NCBI GenBank assembly: GCA_902761035.1
Contig: CACWIW010000006.1
Span: 14,462-78,461 of the forward strand
Source of the DNA: an uncultured bacterium
GTDB taxonomy: Bacteria; Verrucomicrobiota; Kiritimatiellia; RFP12; UBA1067
DNA: 64,000 nucleotides
Direction: 5' to 3'
The notes under the pieces were generated by a model. The model had not been told where the DNA came from, made no database searches, and saw only the letters and a list, made by a program, of their open reading frames with translations. Below, piece by piece: positions 19,095 through 30,354 of the stretch. The number at the start of each line of letters is the position of its first letter. Position 1 is the stretch's first letter. A program made the position numbers and the translations under genes.

Positions 19095-20012
19095 TTAAGC
19101 CAAATCCAAACCGGCCTTTTTAATTAGGTCCTTCATCTTCACGATGGCCTGTTCGGAAAGTCTGCTGCGGATGTCGTCGTGGATTCTAAACTCGCGTGGG
19201 TACTGCATATAGTCGCCGAACTGCTGCACAAGTAATTTGTCGCAATCATGCGGCGCTTTGAAATGGATTCCCTCGAACTCAATCTCTGAAAGCGGGAACA
19301 CTGATTCGTAGGGCGTGAAGAAATCCGTGTCACCGTGCATTTCAAACCCGGCGAGAAGAAGCCGACGGTCCCCCGTATGAGATTTCACAAGATCGGCACT
19401 CGCCGCATCTATCTCGTCAAAGCTCATACCCGATAGAATGTGCCCATCCGTTTTAAGACGCTTCCAGTCCAGCTTGATCTTCTCATGCAATGGCCGCCAA
19501 GCGTCCCATATTTCCTTTTCAGCCTGTTCTTGCTCCGTCTCCGAGACGTTGTAGATGTCGTATTGGAAGATGTCGATCTGGCAGGGGGTTCCCATCAATT
19601 GGAATCGAATGCAGTTTGAACGGAGTGCTCTGAATCCCGCAGATTCCGGCAACTCCTTCGCAACCATCTTCTCAATTTTGAGATAGTCCTCTCGCGTCAC
19701 GCTGATGTCAATGTCATCATCCCAAGGAATGAAACCCTTGTGCCGGACAGCGCCAAGCAACGTTCCGGACTCAAGCCAATAATCCAAACCATTCCGCGTC
19801 ATCGCATCAGCAAGCACCTTCAGCAAAGCCGCATTCGCCATTTGCATCAAGCGCAAGCCACCGGTCGCGCGTGGCATTGTCCGAATGTCAAAAAGAGACT
19901 TGATGAGTATGTCCAAAGACTCGACTCGTCCCCTCAATTCGTTAATCTCATCAGCTGTATTCCCAAATATACGCCTGCGAATACGGCCTAACATGCTTCG
20001 AAACGATCCCAT
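19095..20012 (-). CDS. LicD-family phosphotransferase (paralog 2)
   Basis: [23 protein letters not shown]. Confidence 0.75.
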   Translation of the reverse strand: MGSFRSMLGRIRRRIFGNTADEINELRGRVESLDILIKSLFDIRTMPRATGGLRLMQMANAALLKVLADAMTRNGLDYWLESGTLLGAVRHKGFIPWDDDIDISVTREDYLKIEKMVAKELPESAGFRALRSNCIRFQLMGTPCQIDIFQYDIYNVSETEQEQAEKEIWDAWRPLHEKIKLDWKRLKTDGHILSGMSFDEIDAASADLVKSHTGDRRLLLAGFEMHGDTDFFTPYESVFPLSEIEFEGIHFKAPHDCDKLLVQQFGDYMQYPREFRIHDDIRSRLSEQAIVKMKDLIKKAGLDLA

Positions 20013-20032
20013 AACTCTCTCCTTAACTTAAC

Positions 20033-20512
20033 CTACCTTTTCCGCTTCCGCCGGGCAGTCTCTACGGCATCCATCGGCAGATGATTGTCTGTCGTTTTCT
20101 TCATCTTCTCGAAGCGATCGTGGATTTTCTTCTTGAGGGACGTAGAAGATGTGCCGCGGCCATAAGGGGTATACACAACCGATACCCCCTGCTCTTCAAG
20201 ATAATCGTACTTGCCGACCCAGTCATCTCCGACAACAAACACGTCGAACTTCAACTTCTTCACCTTGTCGCGATGGTCAAGCGAATGTTGGGGGATAACC
20301 AAATCCGGTCCCTTGATGGCACGCATCAACGCGATGCGGTCCTCAAACGGAATCATCGGCGTCGATTTGTAGGAGGCCACAAGCTCGTCAGTGTTCACCC
20401 CGACGATCAAGATGTCCCCCAACCCACGCGCATACTCAATCAACCGCAGATGGTTGATGTGCAGCATGTCGAACGTACCGCTCGTGTAAACAACTGTCTT
20501 TCCGCCTATCAC
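20033..20512 (-). CDS. Cytidylyltransferase, glycerol-3-phosphate cytidylyltransferase (TagD)-like
   Basis: 159 aa with GTFDMLHINH (HxGH) and RTSSTS (RTxGISTT-like). Confidence 0.75.
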   Translation of the reverse strand: MIGGKTVVYTSGTFDMLHINHLRLIEYARGLGDILIVGVNTDELVASYKSTPMIPFEDRIALMRAIKGPDLVIPQHSLDHRDKVKKLKFDVFVVGDDWVGKYDYLEEQGVSVVYTPYGRGTSSTSLKKKIHDRFEKMKKTTDNHLPMDAVETARRKRKR

Positions 20513-20555
20513 CTTAATACTCCTTCATTGTTCTGCCACTCAGTGACATCCAGTG

Positions 20556-22235
20556 TCATTTAAGCAATGATTCAATTAAATCACCCCTACGGAATGTTGC
20601 CGCAAGTTGTTGGAAAGACAATTCAGCCCTATTTTTGTAGAGATCGGACAGCACTGAATCAACATTGTTTACGGCTTCTTTGTATAATGCCACTTTTGAA
20701 CTTTCAAAGGCTGCATATACATCCGAAAATGTCCGATGAGTAATATCAGACAAACTCATCGACATCTGCCGCAGCAAAAGCGCACCCACCCGCATTGCAA
20801 CATAGTGTCCGGAATACGGCAAGAAGTCTTTATCGGTCACAATGGTCGGCCGCTTGCGCTCGTTCTCCACAAAACGGAATATCATGTTTGCCATAATTGC
20901 CTGTGCTGCATTTAAACCATTGAAGATCGAATCGTACAATTTTCCAAACAACTCTCGACGCATGAATTTTGACTGATGCGGTCTCCGGCGCCAAATCGCC
21001 AAGACGGCCTCCGCCGTAATGGAACTTTGAAGAATCTTCCCTCCGGTACCAGATTGTGCGTCATCACGTTTGTGCCGGTAAACAAATCCAAGTTCCGACA
21101 TCCCAAGTTCAAGACTTTTTTGTATTTCATCATTTGCGTGCAAATCCCGAAGCTCTACAGGATTCTGGCTGTTTGTCGCAAATGTTATGTCCTTTATGAA
21201 ATCTGCTGAATCCGAATCCAGCTCATAGAGCCTGAGCAAAACGTCAACCCCGCCTAATTTCTCCCGAAGCGATGGGTCTTCTTTGAGAGTCAGCTGTATT
21301 GTCTTGCAAGTCTGTCCGCCATTTATGATTTGCATGCCGGAGACTTTCACTTTGAAATTTCCCTGTTGCAATGCATTATGCGTAAACTTGTTACAGACGA
21401 CAGTAATTCCGTTGTTGAAAAAGTAGAAATTGTCCCGCTTTTCATCACTGCGCAACGTATCGGAAATTGCGGAATTCACGCGATTTGACCGAAGCCCCAA
21501 ATAACGACGCACATTGCGTTCAAGCAATTGAACGTCATGCTTATCAAACAGATCGGCAATTGACACGACAGGCAATTTGCCGATGAGCACACGCTTGAAG
21601 TTGAACTCCTCTACAATTGCAGCACCGTGTAGATCCAAAACGGCATCTATCGGCTTTGTCCGCTTCAAGACCTCAACTATTCGATCATGATTGAAATGGA
21701 TGAAATCGACCTGGTCTTTGGGAAAGTTTGCCTGGGCAATAATCTCGTCGCCAGCATCGGTCCATTTAAGGCCGTTATTGCACAATACAACCCGAACATT
21801 CGGGATCATCCCATCCCGAACCCGCGAGCGAACTTCCTCTATGCGAGGACGCAATTTCTCATTAAGAGTAACATTGACGTATGGATCGAACAGAACCTTT
21901 ACGGCCGACACGACCTGCTGAAGCCCATTCGCAGGGAAGTTCGCCTCTCCTGAAAGGTCTTTATATTTGTATTTCCCCTGAAAAATTACCACATCAAACT
22001 CGCCATCATCAAGATCCCCTACAGAAATCGCATCAACCGCAAAATCATTCCCTCCATCCGTTAAACACTCAACTGCTTGATCGAAATCACAATCAAGAAC
22101 GCATTTTACAACCAGAAGAACAAACGCCGTAGCCTTTTGCTTGATTTCATCACCACATGAAGAAAAAAAGTCACTATGGCTTTCGATAAGACCTTGCACC
22201 TGCTGATCAACTATCGACACATGAAGATTTTCCAT
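20556..22235 (-). CDS. AIPR-family protein (abortive infection phage resistance-like)
   Basis: 559 aa, no TM helices. It is AT-rich relative to its neighbours. The central FFNNGITVVCNKF ... INGGQT motifs are as remembered for Pfam AIPR (PF10592). It is packed 8 nt from the downstream gene. Confidence 0.5.
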   Translation of the reverse strand: MENLHVSIVDQQVQGLIESHSDFFSSCGDEIKQKATAFVLLVVKCVLDCDFDQAVECLTDGGNDFAVDAISVGDLDDGEFDVVIFQGKYKYKDLSGEANFPANGLQQVVSAVKVLFDPYVNVTLNEKLRPRIEEVRSRVRDGMIPNVRVVLCNNGLKWTDAGDEIIAQANFPKDQVDFIHFNHDRIVEVLKRTKPIDAVLDLHGAAIVEEFNFKRVLIGKLPVVSIADLFDKHDVQLLERNVRRYLGLRSNRVNSAISDTLRSDEKRDNFYFFNNGITVVCNKFTHNALQQGNFKVKVSGMQIINGGQTCKTIQLTLKEDPSLREKLGGVDVLLRLYELDSDSADFIKDITFATNSQNPVELRDLHANDEIQKSLELGMSELGFVYRHKRDDAQSGTGGKILQSSITAEAVLAIWRRRPHQSKFMRRELFGKLYDSIFNGLNAAQAIMANMIFRFVENERKRPTIVTDKDFLPYSGHYVAMRVGALLLRQMSMSLSDITHRTFSDVYAAFESSKVALYKEAVNNVDSVLSDLYKNRAELSFQQLAATFRRGDLIESLLK

Positions 22236-22244
22236 TATAAGACC

Positions 22245-23381
22245 TCAGTGTTGTTGCTTCATTATTCCCTTTAGGGCTGTCAGTAGTGTATCATAATCTT
22301 TCTCTGCCAAGCACCCCATGTGCCCAACGCGAAACACCTTATCCTTCAGTTCGCCGCCGTTGGGGCATATCCAGATGCCATGTTCGTCCTTCAGCTTCAG
22401 GAAAATATCATATGCAGACATCCCATTCGTCGGATGGAGCGGCGTCACGGCATTGCTCAAACTTTCGCTGACAATCTCGAGGGGCAAGTCTGCAATCCGC
22501 GAACGGAAATACGCCGCCATCGCCTTAGCTTTTTGCACCTCGGCAGTAACGCCACCTGCCGATTCAATTTCCCTCAACCGCGCATTGATCTGCAAGAGCG
22601 TACCAACCGCCGGCGTGAACGGGGTTTGCCCCCTATCCTGATTGGCAAGCATATCCTTCAAATCAAAATACATGCACTTCGGATCGTTCTTTGCAACGCG
22701 CTCCAGCGCACGCGGCGACAGGACAATGACGCTCACTCCCGGCGGACACGCCAATGCCTTCTGCGATCCGGTAATCATCACATCCGCACCGATTTCCGCC
22801 ATTTTGAATTCATCGCATAAAAATGAACTGATGCAATCCACAATCAATAAGAGGCCATGATGCCGACAGTAATCTCCAATCAACTTCATATCGTAGAGTA
22901 CGCCCGTACTCGTCTCATGCATATTGACAATAAACGCAGTATATCCCTTCCCTTCACTATTCCCGCAAGTACCCTTTGCGCTCTTTGCGTTCTTTGCGGC
23001 TAAATCCTCTTCCCTTAACTTACACCCGACTTCCAACCTAATCTCGTCATGCGGCACGCCATGTATCTCGCATATCTTGCAGAACCTTGCGCCGAAGCTC
23101 CCGCCATTCACCACAAGCGCCCTGTCTTCCGACGTGAGCAGATTCATCACCGCAGCCTCCATCGAGGCCGTCCCCGAACCCGTGATGAACACCGCCCGCG
23201 AACCCTCCGGCGCACCGGCAAACTTCAGCATCAACCGCTCGTTCTCGAGCATCACCTCCGAGAACTCCGCCGTCCTAAAATACGGCACATTCTGCGCACC
23301 AATAGTACGAACTATGGCACTACTTTGAACCGGACCGACTGTAAAATTGATCATATCGCCTACCTTTGGGATGAAGTTCAT
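22245..23381 (-). CDS. Class V (PLP) aminotransferase, serine-pyruvate/phosphoserine aminotransferase-like
   Basis: 378 aa, AAT_V fold. It is distinct from the PhnW copies. Confidence 0.6.
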   Translation of the reverse strand: MNFIPKVGDMINFTVGPVQSSAIVRTIGAQNVPYFRTAEFSEVMLENERLMLKFAGAPEGSRAVFITGSGTASMEAAVMNLLTSEDRALVVNGGSFGARFCKICEIHGVPHDEIRLEVGCKLREEDLAAKNAKSAKGTCGNSEGKGYTAFIVNMHETSTGVLYDMKLIGDYCRHHGLLLIVDCISSFLCDEFKMAEIGADVMITGSQKALACPPGVSVIVLSPRALERVAKNDPKCMYFDLKDMLANQDRGQTPFTPAVGTLLQINARLREIESAGGVTAEVQKAKAMAAYFRSRIADLPLEIVSESLSNAVTPLHPTNGMSAYDIFLKLKDEHGIWICPNGGELKDKVFRVGHMGCLAEKDYDTLLTALKGIMKQQH

Positions 23382-24316
23382 TGGATGTATTTGGTATAAC
23401 TGTTATCCAAGTCTATAAATGCGTCGCCAGAGGGGTCGTGCGCTATTACATGCTTGTGCCAATTGCCATAGAAAATTGTCAAATACTCATTCCAATACTT
23501 TGTCGCCTGAAATTTGTATCCCTCAAACTCAACCATAGTTAATTCTTCAAGGAAATGACGTGGCACACAAGCAGAAAGACGATCCTTGCTATTGGCACAA
23601 AAAGTCAAGCGGGAAACATTCTCCTCATCTGTTCCACGATACTTTTGCGCCATCAGATTAAGTTTCTCACGAACTTGGGGCACTCTATCAATACCCAATA
23701 CCTTATAACAAATCAGATGCCGAATTGCTCGTAACAGGGCACGAGGATGCAAAAACAATTTCATCTTCCACTTGATTGTTTTTTGCATTCGAATACGCCA
23801 TGCATAATCTTGCATAGCAGCCAACGCATCCATGAATTTAGCACGCTTCATTAAATCATCGGGCACTTTATCACATACGAATATGTCTATAAATACCCCT
23901 TGGTTATGCGAAAAGAAAGACTTTTCCCCATCCCATTCAGAATGCAGAATATATGTCGTTGAAGAATTACGCAACCGAGCGAATCCTCGGCCATGATCGG
24001 GATCAGTAAGAAACGTCTGCCAAAAATATGGTTCAGAAAATTTCTCTGACGCTATCTTGTCCAATTTCTCATACTCTTCCCTAAGCATTACGACATCAAC
24101 ATCATCATCCCAGGGGATGAATCCCTTATGTCGAATTGCGCCCAACAACGTACCAGCATCTAGACTGTACTTTATTCCATTTTCCTGGCACACACGGTCA
24201 AACTCGATGAGCAAGTCCAATTGAACTGCCCAAAGTCGTTTCCGATCTTCGGATATTACTATTGAACGTTCTTCTTCCGTGAAGAACTTCTCTGGGAACT
24301 CCGTTGTAAGCTTCAC
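23378..24316 (-). CDS. LicD-family phosphotransferase (paralog 3)
   Basis: [26 protein letters not shown]. Confidence 0.75.
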   Translation of the reverse strand: MKLTTEFPEKFFTEEERSIVISEDRKRLWAVQLDLLIEFDRVCQENGIKYSLDAGTLLGAIRHKGFIPWDDDVDVVMLREEYEKLDKIASEKFSEPYFWQTFLTDPDHGRGFARLRNSSTTYILHSEWDGEKSFFSHNQGVFIDIFVCDKVPDDLMKRAKFMDALAAMQDYAWRIRMQKTIKWKMKLFLHPRALLRAIRHLICYKVLGIDRVPQVREKLNLMAQKYRGTDEENVSRLTFCANSKDRLSACVPRHFLEELTMVEFEGYKFQATKYWNEYLTIFYGNWHKHVIAHDPSGDAFIDLDNSYTKYIQ

Positions 24317-24335
24317 TTGTACACCTTATCTTCCA

Positions 24336-25658
24336 TCAAATCAAGCCAACTATTTCCTTAATTGGCAAACAGAGTTCCGCACTGGCCTCCTGTGCACGTT
24401 CACATTCAAGGATGCGCTCAGCACACTTAAGCATGGCAGGATAGGCTGCACGAAGAAGTTGGTTCGCGTAAATGACAATATTGACGCCGATCGCGGCAAG
24501 CTCGGTCTCCGTAACCTGTGAGTAGGTGGAGGGAACAACCACAATTGGCTTGTCCACAGAGACCTCGGCACGAAAGCGCCTGACAAAAGACAGTATCTCG
24601 TCTGGCGTTTTCGCCTTGGAGTGAATCATGATTCCATCAGCGCCTGCGTTAATGTAAGCACGACAACGATTGATTGCGTCGTCCTCGCCGGCTCCGGTGA
24701 TGAGCGATTCGCAGCGAGCGAAAATCATGAAGTCATCCGTAATCTGCGCCTGCTTGCCGACCGTGATTTTATGGCACTGGTCCTCAGTTGAAGCCTGACG
24801 CTGAACATTACCCTGTTCAAGAAGCGAATTTTGCTTGAGCCCCACCTTGTCCTCGATGATGACAGCAGAGACGCCAAGGCGTTCAAGCGAACGAACAAGA
24901 AACACAAAGTGCTCGGGAAGTCCGCCGGAATCGCCGTCATAGATAATCGGTTTCGTCGTCACTTCGAGGATGTCGTTGACCGTGCGAAGACGTGAGGTGA
25001 TATCGACGGATTCGTTATCAGGCTTGCCCTTCAACGTAGAATCGGTGAGCGACGAGAGCCACATCGCATCGAACTCGTGCTTCACCTTTGCACCATTCGG
25101 ATCACCGGGATCCTTCGGCACCATCACACTCGTGTTTTCGACGATGAGGCCGGAAAGTCCGCTGTGCGCCTCCATTACGCGAACGATGGGTTTGGCGTTC
25201 AAGAGACGGCGCAAGCGGCGACGGCGGATGTCCGGCGTGGTACCAACTTCGCGGATGGCCTTGTTGAGTTGCGTCGAAGAAATGCCTTCCGTGTATTCCG
25301 GCTCAACGAGCTCGCCGCCCCATGTCGCGAGGGTGTCGATCACGCGCTGGCGCGTCTTCGCCTGGACGCCCTCACGCCAGTCGGTGCCGTGAACGACATA
25401 GTCCGGCTTGAGTTTGAGGAGGTTCGGGATGTAGTCGAGCTGCTCCTGGGGGATGACTTCATTCACGCCCTTGAGCGAGCGCACCACTGCGGCGCGCTGC
25501 TCGTAATTCATGTAGGGCAGACGCTTGTAGCTCGCAATGGCCGCGTCGGTCAAGACGCCGACGGTGACTTCACCAAGCTTAGATGCTTCCTTGATGATAT
25601 TGAGATGCCCCGGATGAATGATATCCGCAGACATCGCAACATATACGCGCTTAGACAT
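24336..25658 (-). CDS. Bifunctional cytidylyltransferase (PntC-like) / phosphoenolpyruvate phosphomutase fusion, copy A
   Basis: N-terminal [13 protein letters not shown] (HxGH cytidylyltransferase) is fused to a PEP mutase/isocitrate-lyase-superfamily domain ([29 protein letters not shown]). It is about 95% identical to copy B at 40121. Confidence 0.8.
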   Translation of the reverse strand: MSKRVYVAMSADIIHPGHLNIIKEASKLGEVTVGVLTDAAIASYKRLPYMNYEQRAAVVRSLKGVNEVIPQEQLDYIPNLLKLKPDYVVHGTDWREGVQAKTRQRVIDTLATWGGELVEPEYTEGISSTQLNKAIREVGTTPDIRRRRLRRLLNAKPIVRVMEAHSGLSGLIVENTSVMVPKDPGDPNGAKVKHEFDAMWLSSLTDSTLKGKPDNESVDITSRLRTVNDILEVTTKPIIYDGDSGGLPEHFVFLVRSLERLGVSAVIIEDKVGLKQNSLLEQGNVQRQASTEDQCHKITVGKQAQITDDFMIFARCESLITGAGEDDAINRCRAYINAGADGIMIHSKAKTPDEILSFVRRFRAEVSVDKPIVVVPSTYSQVTETELAAIGVNIVIYANQLLRAAYPAMLKCAERILECERAQEASAELCLPIKEIVGLI

Positions 25659-26631
25659 TGAATGATTCCTTTCTGACCTCAACAGGATTGTTTCCGAGGC
25701 GCTTCAGGTTGACATGGGAGAAAAGCTCATCGACGAGAGAAGTGCAGTCGATGCCTTTTTCAGTGGCAAGTTCCCGGAGAGTCTTCAATTCAGGCACATT
25801 CTTGATGTACTCTGGATGCCCGTTGTTGCGGCAGATGTACTCGAAGACCATATACACGGCGTGCCCATGCGGGATGCCGTAATGCGAAGTGAGATAATAC
25901 GAGAACGCATGCGCGGCAGTTGTGCGCGAGATGTCAATCGCTCTTCCCGCCCAGTAGCTCGCCTCCGGCCAGTCATCCCCCTTCATCAGCGCAAGCGCAC
26001 GATTCGCATATTCCTTCGACTCATCCGTTGCACCCTTCGCCCAAAGCGATTCAACCGCCTGGGCGTATGCGTCAAAGTTCGTCGCTGCTTTCTGATAGGC
26101 GGGCAATGTGGCAGAAAACTCCGGGACAATTGCCACGTCAGAAGGGCGGAGCACCTCAAAGTCGATGGAGTATTTCGTTTCGCCATCATAGCAGACGGCA
26201 AAGCGCGTGGCCTCTGCGCCTGTTCCCGCCGTTGTCGGGATTGCAAAACATGGCAACACGGTCGATGGCGCTGTTTTATGAGTTAGCAGTTCCCTGATCG
26301 ACATTCCAGAAACAATCGCGAGATTAAGTAGCTTCGAAGTATCAATCGGAGTGCCACCGCCTACGGCAATGAAGCCATCTACAGGTTCCTTGATCGCTGA
26401 AAGCAACGACTGCACCTCTTCAACCTTAGGATTTGAACTGGGAACAGCAAGATGTGTGATGATTGGTTTGTTAACGCAGAGACGCAGGGACGCAGAGATA
26501 AAATCCTCCGCACCGCAAAGCCTGTACGACGCTCCCCCTGTCACGAGGCAGATGTGAGACTTACTTGTAGAAAACTTAACCAGAGCCTCTACAGCATTTT
26601 CCCTACCAACTACCAATTTTTGTTCATTCAT
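25651..26631 (-). CDS. Iron-containing alcohol dehydrogenase, phosphonoacetaldehyde reductase (PhpC)-like, copy A
   Basis: Group III Fe-ADH fold (GGGTPIDT..., [19 protein letters not shown]). It sits in the phosphonate block. It carries the in-frame (ACGCAGAG)3 repeat encoding SLRLC. Confidence 0.7.
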   Translation of the reverse strand: MNEQKLVVGRENAVEALVKFSTSKSHICLVTGGASYRLCGAEDFISASLRLCVNKPIITHLAVPSSNPKVEEVQSLLSAIKEPVDGFIAVGGGTPIDTSKLLNLAIVSGMSIRELLTHKTAPSTVLPCFAIPTTAGTGAEATRFAVCYDGETKYSIDFEVLRPSDVAIVPEFSATLPAYQKAATNFDAYAQAVESLWAKGATDESKEYANRALALMKGDDWPEASYWAGRAIDISRTTAAHAFSYYLTSHYGIPHGHAVYMVFEYICRNNGHPEYIKNVPELKTLRELATEKGIDCTSLVDELFSHVNLKRLGNNPVEVRKESFNV

Positions 26632-26635
26632 ATCC

Positions 26636-28045
26636 TCATGTCCTTTTACCATGCAGTACAAAGAAAACAATTCCGAGAAGAGACCAGAGGCCCAGCATCA
26701 TGTATGCCTGCTTGTTCAGGCAACCCGGCATTCCCGGGATGAGCAGCAGCGCGACAAAACCGAGGGATAGAATGGTTCCTAGCACTGCAAGGCATCGCAG
26801 AGCCGTCCTTGGCTGTGCCTCAAGACCCTGTGAACGTCTCCGGCGGATTGTCACAAAGCAACTCCAGGTAGCATATCCAAAACCGATCGCTCCACCTATC
26901 GCCGCCATGTCCACAAACCATCCAAGCGCCGTACGCCCGAACCAAGGGCCGACTACCGAGAACACCAGACAAAATAGGATCGCATTTGCAGGCGTACCAT
27001 GCGTGGGATGAAGCTTCGCAAACATTGCAGGGATATACCCATCTCGTGCCATCGAATAGAGCAGACGACTTGTAGCCGTGAGAAATCCAAGTATGCCGGT
27101 CAAGATCGCGCTTGCTACGGCTATCCCAAGTACCACCAGTCCCGCCTTGCCCATCAGCGCCTCTACTGCCGCACCCACAGCCCAATCGTGTTGTTTGATG
27201 AATTCCGTCCATTCCGGAGATGCCGCCGCCGTCACGAGGTTGTTGCAGGAATACACCACACATCCAAAGGCGATTGCCACAATCATGATCAAGTTCACCT
27301 TGCCGATCGAGAAATTGAGCTCCTCGGCCGCCTGCGGAATCGTCTCAAATCCGACGTATGCCCATGGCGCCACCGCCACGATTGCCAGGATTCCGCCCAC
27401 GGCTTGCTTGGAGAACACGCTCGTGCAGTCGGCAGATGGTCCCCACAGCGGAACGAGGTTTGACCAGTGCGTAATCGGGCTAAACAACGCCGAGATAGTA
27501 ATCACCAGAAAGGCCGTTGCGAGCGAGATGGCCATGATCGACTGAACCAAGCCAGATTTCTTAATGCCGCGAATCGAGAGCCAAGAGACAAACACCAGTA
27601 CCGCAATGGAAAGCAGCACCTCCCCAAACCAGATGTCATATCCCACCACTTGATACAGTTTGCCAAACTGGAACACGCCGAAGAACAACTTGCGCGTCAT
27701 CAACCCCAACGCCGTGCAGTTCATGGGGACATTCGCCAAATAGGCCAATGCCAGAAACCAGCCGCAGAAGCACGCATGTTTGTCGCCAAAGCACTCGCGC
27801 GCAAAATTGACCTCGCCTCCGGCCTTGGGATGAAGCGACACCATGTAGCTGTAGCTGAAGGCGATGACCACCATGATCAGCGCCCCAATCACCATGGCGA
27901 TGGTCGTACCCAGCGTCCCTGCGGTTGGAAGGAACGTCGTTCCAGGCATCATGAACGCGCCCCATCCAATGATGCAGCCAAACGCTAGCGCCCACACGCT
28001 CATCGGCGAAAGGTCGCGCTTGAATCTGGTGTTGTCCGAGGACAT
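26636..28045 (-). CDS. APC-superfamily amino acid permease, copy A
   Basis: 469 aa with 12 predicted TM helices and the APC/AA_permease_2 pattern. Confidence 0.65.
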   Translation of the reverse strand: MSSDNTRFKRDLSPMSVWALAFGCIIGWGAFMMPGTTFLPTAGTLGTTIAMVIGALIMVVIAFSYSYMVSLHPKAGGEVNFARECFGDKHACFCGWFLALAYLANVPMNCTALGLMTRKLFFGVFQFGKLYQVVGYDIWFGEVLLSIAVLVFVSWLSIRGIKKSGLVQSIMAISLATAFLVITISALFSPITHWSNLVPLWGPSADCTSVFSKQAVGGILAIVAVAPWAYVGFETIPQAAEELNFSIGKVNLIMIVAIAFGCVVYSCNNLVTAAASPEWTEFIKQHDWAVGAAVEALMGKAGLVVLGIAVASAILTGILGFLTATSRLLYSMARDGYIPAMFAKLHPTHGTPANAILFCLVFSVVGPWFGRTALGWFVDMAAIGGAIGFGYATWSCFVTIRRRRSQGLEAQPRTALRCLAVLGTILSLGFVALLLIPGMPGCLNKQAYMMLGLWSLLGIVFFVLHGKRT

Positions 28046-28047
28046 CG

Positions 28048-29169
28048 TCAGGAATTGTATCTCACCTTGACACCAAACGCTGTGATCGCGTCTTTCAAGA
28101 CTTTCATGAAGTCATCAATGTCGCACGCATCAATTGCGCCGAGTGCACACAACCTGAAGGTCTTCACGGAACCGACCTTGCCGGCATAAATGGTAAAACC
28201 ACGGTCACGGCAATAGTCATGGATCTTCTCAAAGGACCAGTTCGGATCATCGGGATAGCAGACGGATATCACAAGGCCAGCCTGATACTCTCTTTTGATG
28301 AGGCTGCGGAGTCCAATCTCTGCAAGTCCCTTGTGAAGTGCTTCGAACACACGGGTATGCCGAGCCCATTTTGCAGTCTCGCCCTCTGCAAAATACTCCT
28401 TCATCGCCTGCCTCGTTGCGTAGATGGTCTGGACAGGCGGCGTGAAATGCATCTCGCCGGTCTTCTCGAAGAAATCATACTGACGGAAGAGGTTGCAGTA
28501 GAAGGACCTCTTCGGGAAGGTGGCCGACTCCTTGATCTTGTCCTCGCGTCCGACCACGAAGGATAACCCCGTCATCGACTGCAAGCCCTTCTGGGCACTT
28601 GCCATCAGGAAGTCCACGTTGTCGTCGATGATGTTAATGGGGCGCATCGCGTATGTTGATGTCGTATCCACAATGAAGGTACAGCCATGTTTGTGGGCAA
28701 CAGCACCGATCTCGCGCATTGGATTGAGCACACCAGAACCCGTTTCATGATGGGTGGTGTACACGAGAGCGACATCGGGGTTCACGGTAAGAGCCTTGTC
28801 CACCAGTGAAGGATCGACAGGCGTCTCGATCGGCAAACTGAGGTCGATATGCGGCATGCCGTAATACTGGCACACTTCTACCGCCCTGCTCGAATACGCT
28901 CCGTTGTTGGCCACGAGGATCTTCTTGTCTGCGGGCAGAAGCGAATTGAGGCAGACATCCATGTTCAACGTTCCCGAACCGCAGAAGAGAACGCTCGTGT
29001 ACCGCTCGTCGCCATGAACGACCTTCACCAAATCGCGGCGGAGGTCTTTCATGATGTCGAGGAACTCCTGCTCGCGCGGACAAATGTCCGGTATCACCTG
29101 CGCCATCTTGACAGTGTCCGTGGTCGTTGCAGGGCCAGGGTTCAACAGCACATTACGTTTGACAGTCAT
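28048..29169 (-). CDS. phnW: 2-aminoethylphosphonate--pyruvate transaminase, copy A
   Basis: LLNPGPATTTDTV N-terminus is typical of PhnW. It is a class V aminotransferase of 373 aa. Confidence 0.75.
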   Translation of the reverse strand: MTVKRNVLLNPGPATTTDTVKMAQVIPDICPREQEFLDIMKDLRRDLVKVVHGDERYTSVLFCGSGTLNMDVCLNSLLPADKKILVANNGAYSSRAVEVCQYYGMPHIDLSLPIETPVDPSLVDKALTVNPDVALVYTTHHETGSGVLNPMREIGAVAHKHGCTFIVDTTSTYAMRPINIIDDNVDFLMASAQKGLQSMTGLSFVVGREDKIKESATFPKRSFYCNLFRQYDFFEKTGEMHFTPPVQTIYATRQAMKEYFAEGETAKWARHTRVFEALHKGLAEIGLRSLIKREYQAGLVISVCYPDDPNWSFEKIHDYCRDRGFTIYAGKVGSVKTFRLCALGAIDACDIDDFMKVLKDAITAFGVKVRYNS

Positions 29170-29224
29170 TTCATCGTACCTTTCTTTTTCTTGGTGATTC
29201 TGAAATTATGATCGCAGTCATTGT

Positions 29225-30340
29225 TTATGCGTCCGCCAAAGTCTTCATATAGAGCGCCTTGTTGACCTGCGGCGGCTCCTTCGGGCGCCCGAGGTCCTTG
29301 CGTGCACCTTTTGCCACCTTGACCTCTACGAATACCGGACGGGTATTATTTAACGCAGAGACGCAGAGGCACAGAGCGTGTTCAAGAAGCTGAACATCGT
29401 ATCCTAAGGCAGCAGCAACTGACATAAGGTTAATTGCCCCACCGACGGTTGGCTGACCACCGACTGAGTCATGCGCGGCATTGTTGAAGACGATGTGCGT
29501 CAAATTGGAACAGCCGGATTGTCCGACAATCGCCATATTACCCATCTGCATAATACTTGCGCCGTCGCCGTCTAGGCAATAGACTTTGCGGTGGGGTTGC
29601 GCCTTGGCGATTCCAAGGGCAATCATTGACGCATGGCCCATTGAGCCAACTGTCAGGAAGTCGCGCGAATGGTCCTGCCCGAGGCGTTCGCGCGTCTCAT
29701 ACACCTCACGCGAAATCATACCGGTTGTCGAAACGACAACGGCGTCTTTCGGTAATGCCCTCAGTACGCCCTCAATCGCCTGCTCGCGGGGGAGCGTTGC
29801 GATGTCGAGTTTTTTGTTCTGCAATTTGTATTCGGCAAAGAGTCCCTTTCGGACAACAAGCGCGACTGGACGCGATTCCGCCTTGGCGCGTTCGACCATC
29901 TTCCGTGTCAGTTCAAGCGCGGCGACCTCGTCATCCGGCAGAATTTCCGTCGGGATGCCCAGCGTCTCGAAAAGCGAGACCGTCACCTTGCCCTGTTTCA
30001 CGTGCTGCGGCTCGTCCTTCACGCCTGGCTCACCGCGCCAGCCGACGAGCAGCACCATAGGAATGGAGTAGACATCCGGATCGGCTAGTGACGCAAGCGG
30101 ATTCACGGCATTGCCCTGTCCCGAGTTCTGCATGTACACGAGCGCGGGCTTTCCTGTTGCGAGGTAATGTCCTGCGGCCAACCCAACCGACCCTCCCTCA
30201 TTCGCGGCAATCACATGCTCTCCCCCACAGTTGTCTGTGACGTAGGCGCAAAAGCTCTTCAACAGCGAATCTGGAACTCCTGTGAAGAAATCTACTCCGC
30301 TCTTTTGCAGAGCCTCAACGACTTTAGCGACATTAACCAT
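29225..30340 (-). CDS. ppd: Phosphonopyruvate decarboxylase, copy A (TPP enzyme)
   Basis: TPP_enzyme_N domain (GVPDSLLKSFCAYV) and the TPP-binding GDGA...N motif (CLDGDGASIMQMGNMA). It is co-located with ppm. Its C-terminal region contains the (ACGCAGAG)-type repeat encoding LCLCVSAL. Confidence 0.8.
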   Translation of the reverse strand: MVNVAKVVEALQKSGVDFFTGVPDSLLKSFCAYVTDNCGGEHVIAANEGGSVGLAAGHYLATGKPALVYMQNSGQGNAVNPLASLADPDVYSIPMVLLVGWRGEPGVKDEPQHVKQGKVTVSLFETLGIPTEILPDDEVAALELTRKMVERAKAESRPVALVVRKGLFAEYKLQNKKLDIATLPREQAIEGVLRALPKDAVVVSTTGMISREVYETRERLGQDHSRDFLTVGSMGHASMIALGIAKAQPHRKVYCLDGDGASIMQMGNMAIVGQSGCSNLTHIVFNNAAHDSVGGQPTVGGAINLMSVAAALGYDVQLLEHALCLCVSALNNTRPVFVEVKVAKGARKDLGRPKEPPQVNKALYMKTLADA

Positions 30341-30354
30341 TATTCTTTGCTTTC

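Noticed and set aside
25651-26670. Longer N-terminal extensions of the Fe-ADH genes ([14 protein letters not shown]...).
   Set aside because: Using the conserved Met at [14 protein letters not shown] removes a 35-nt overlap with the permease gene in both copies and matches usual Fe-ADH N-termini. The longer form cannot be excluded.
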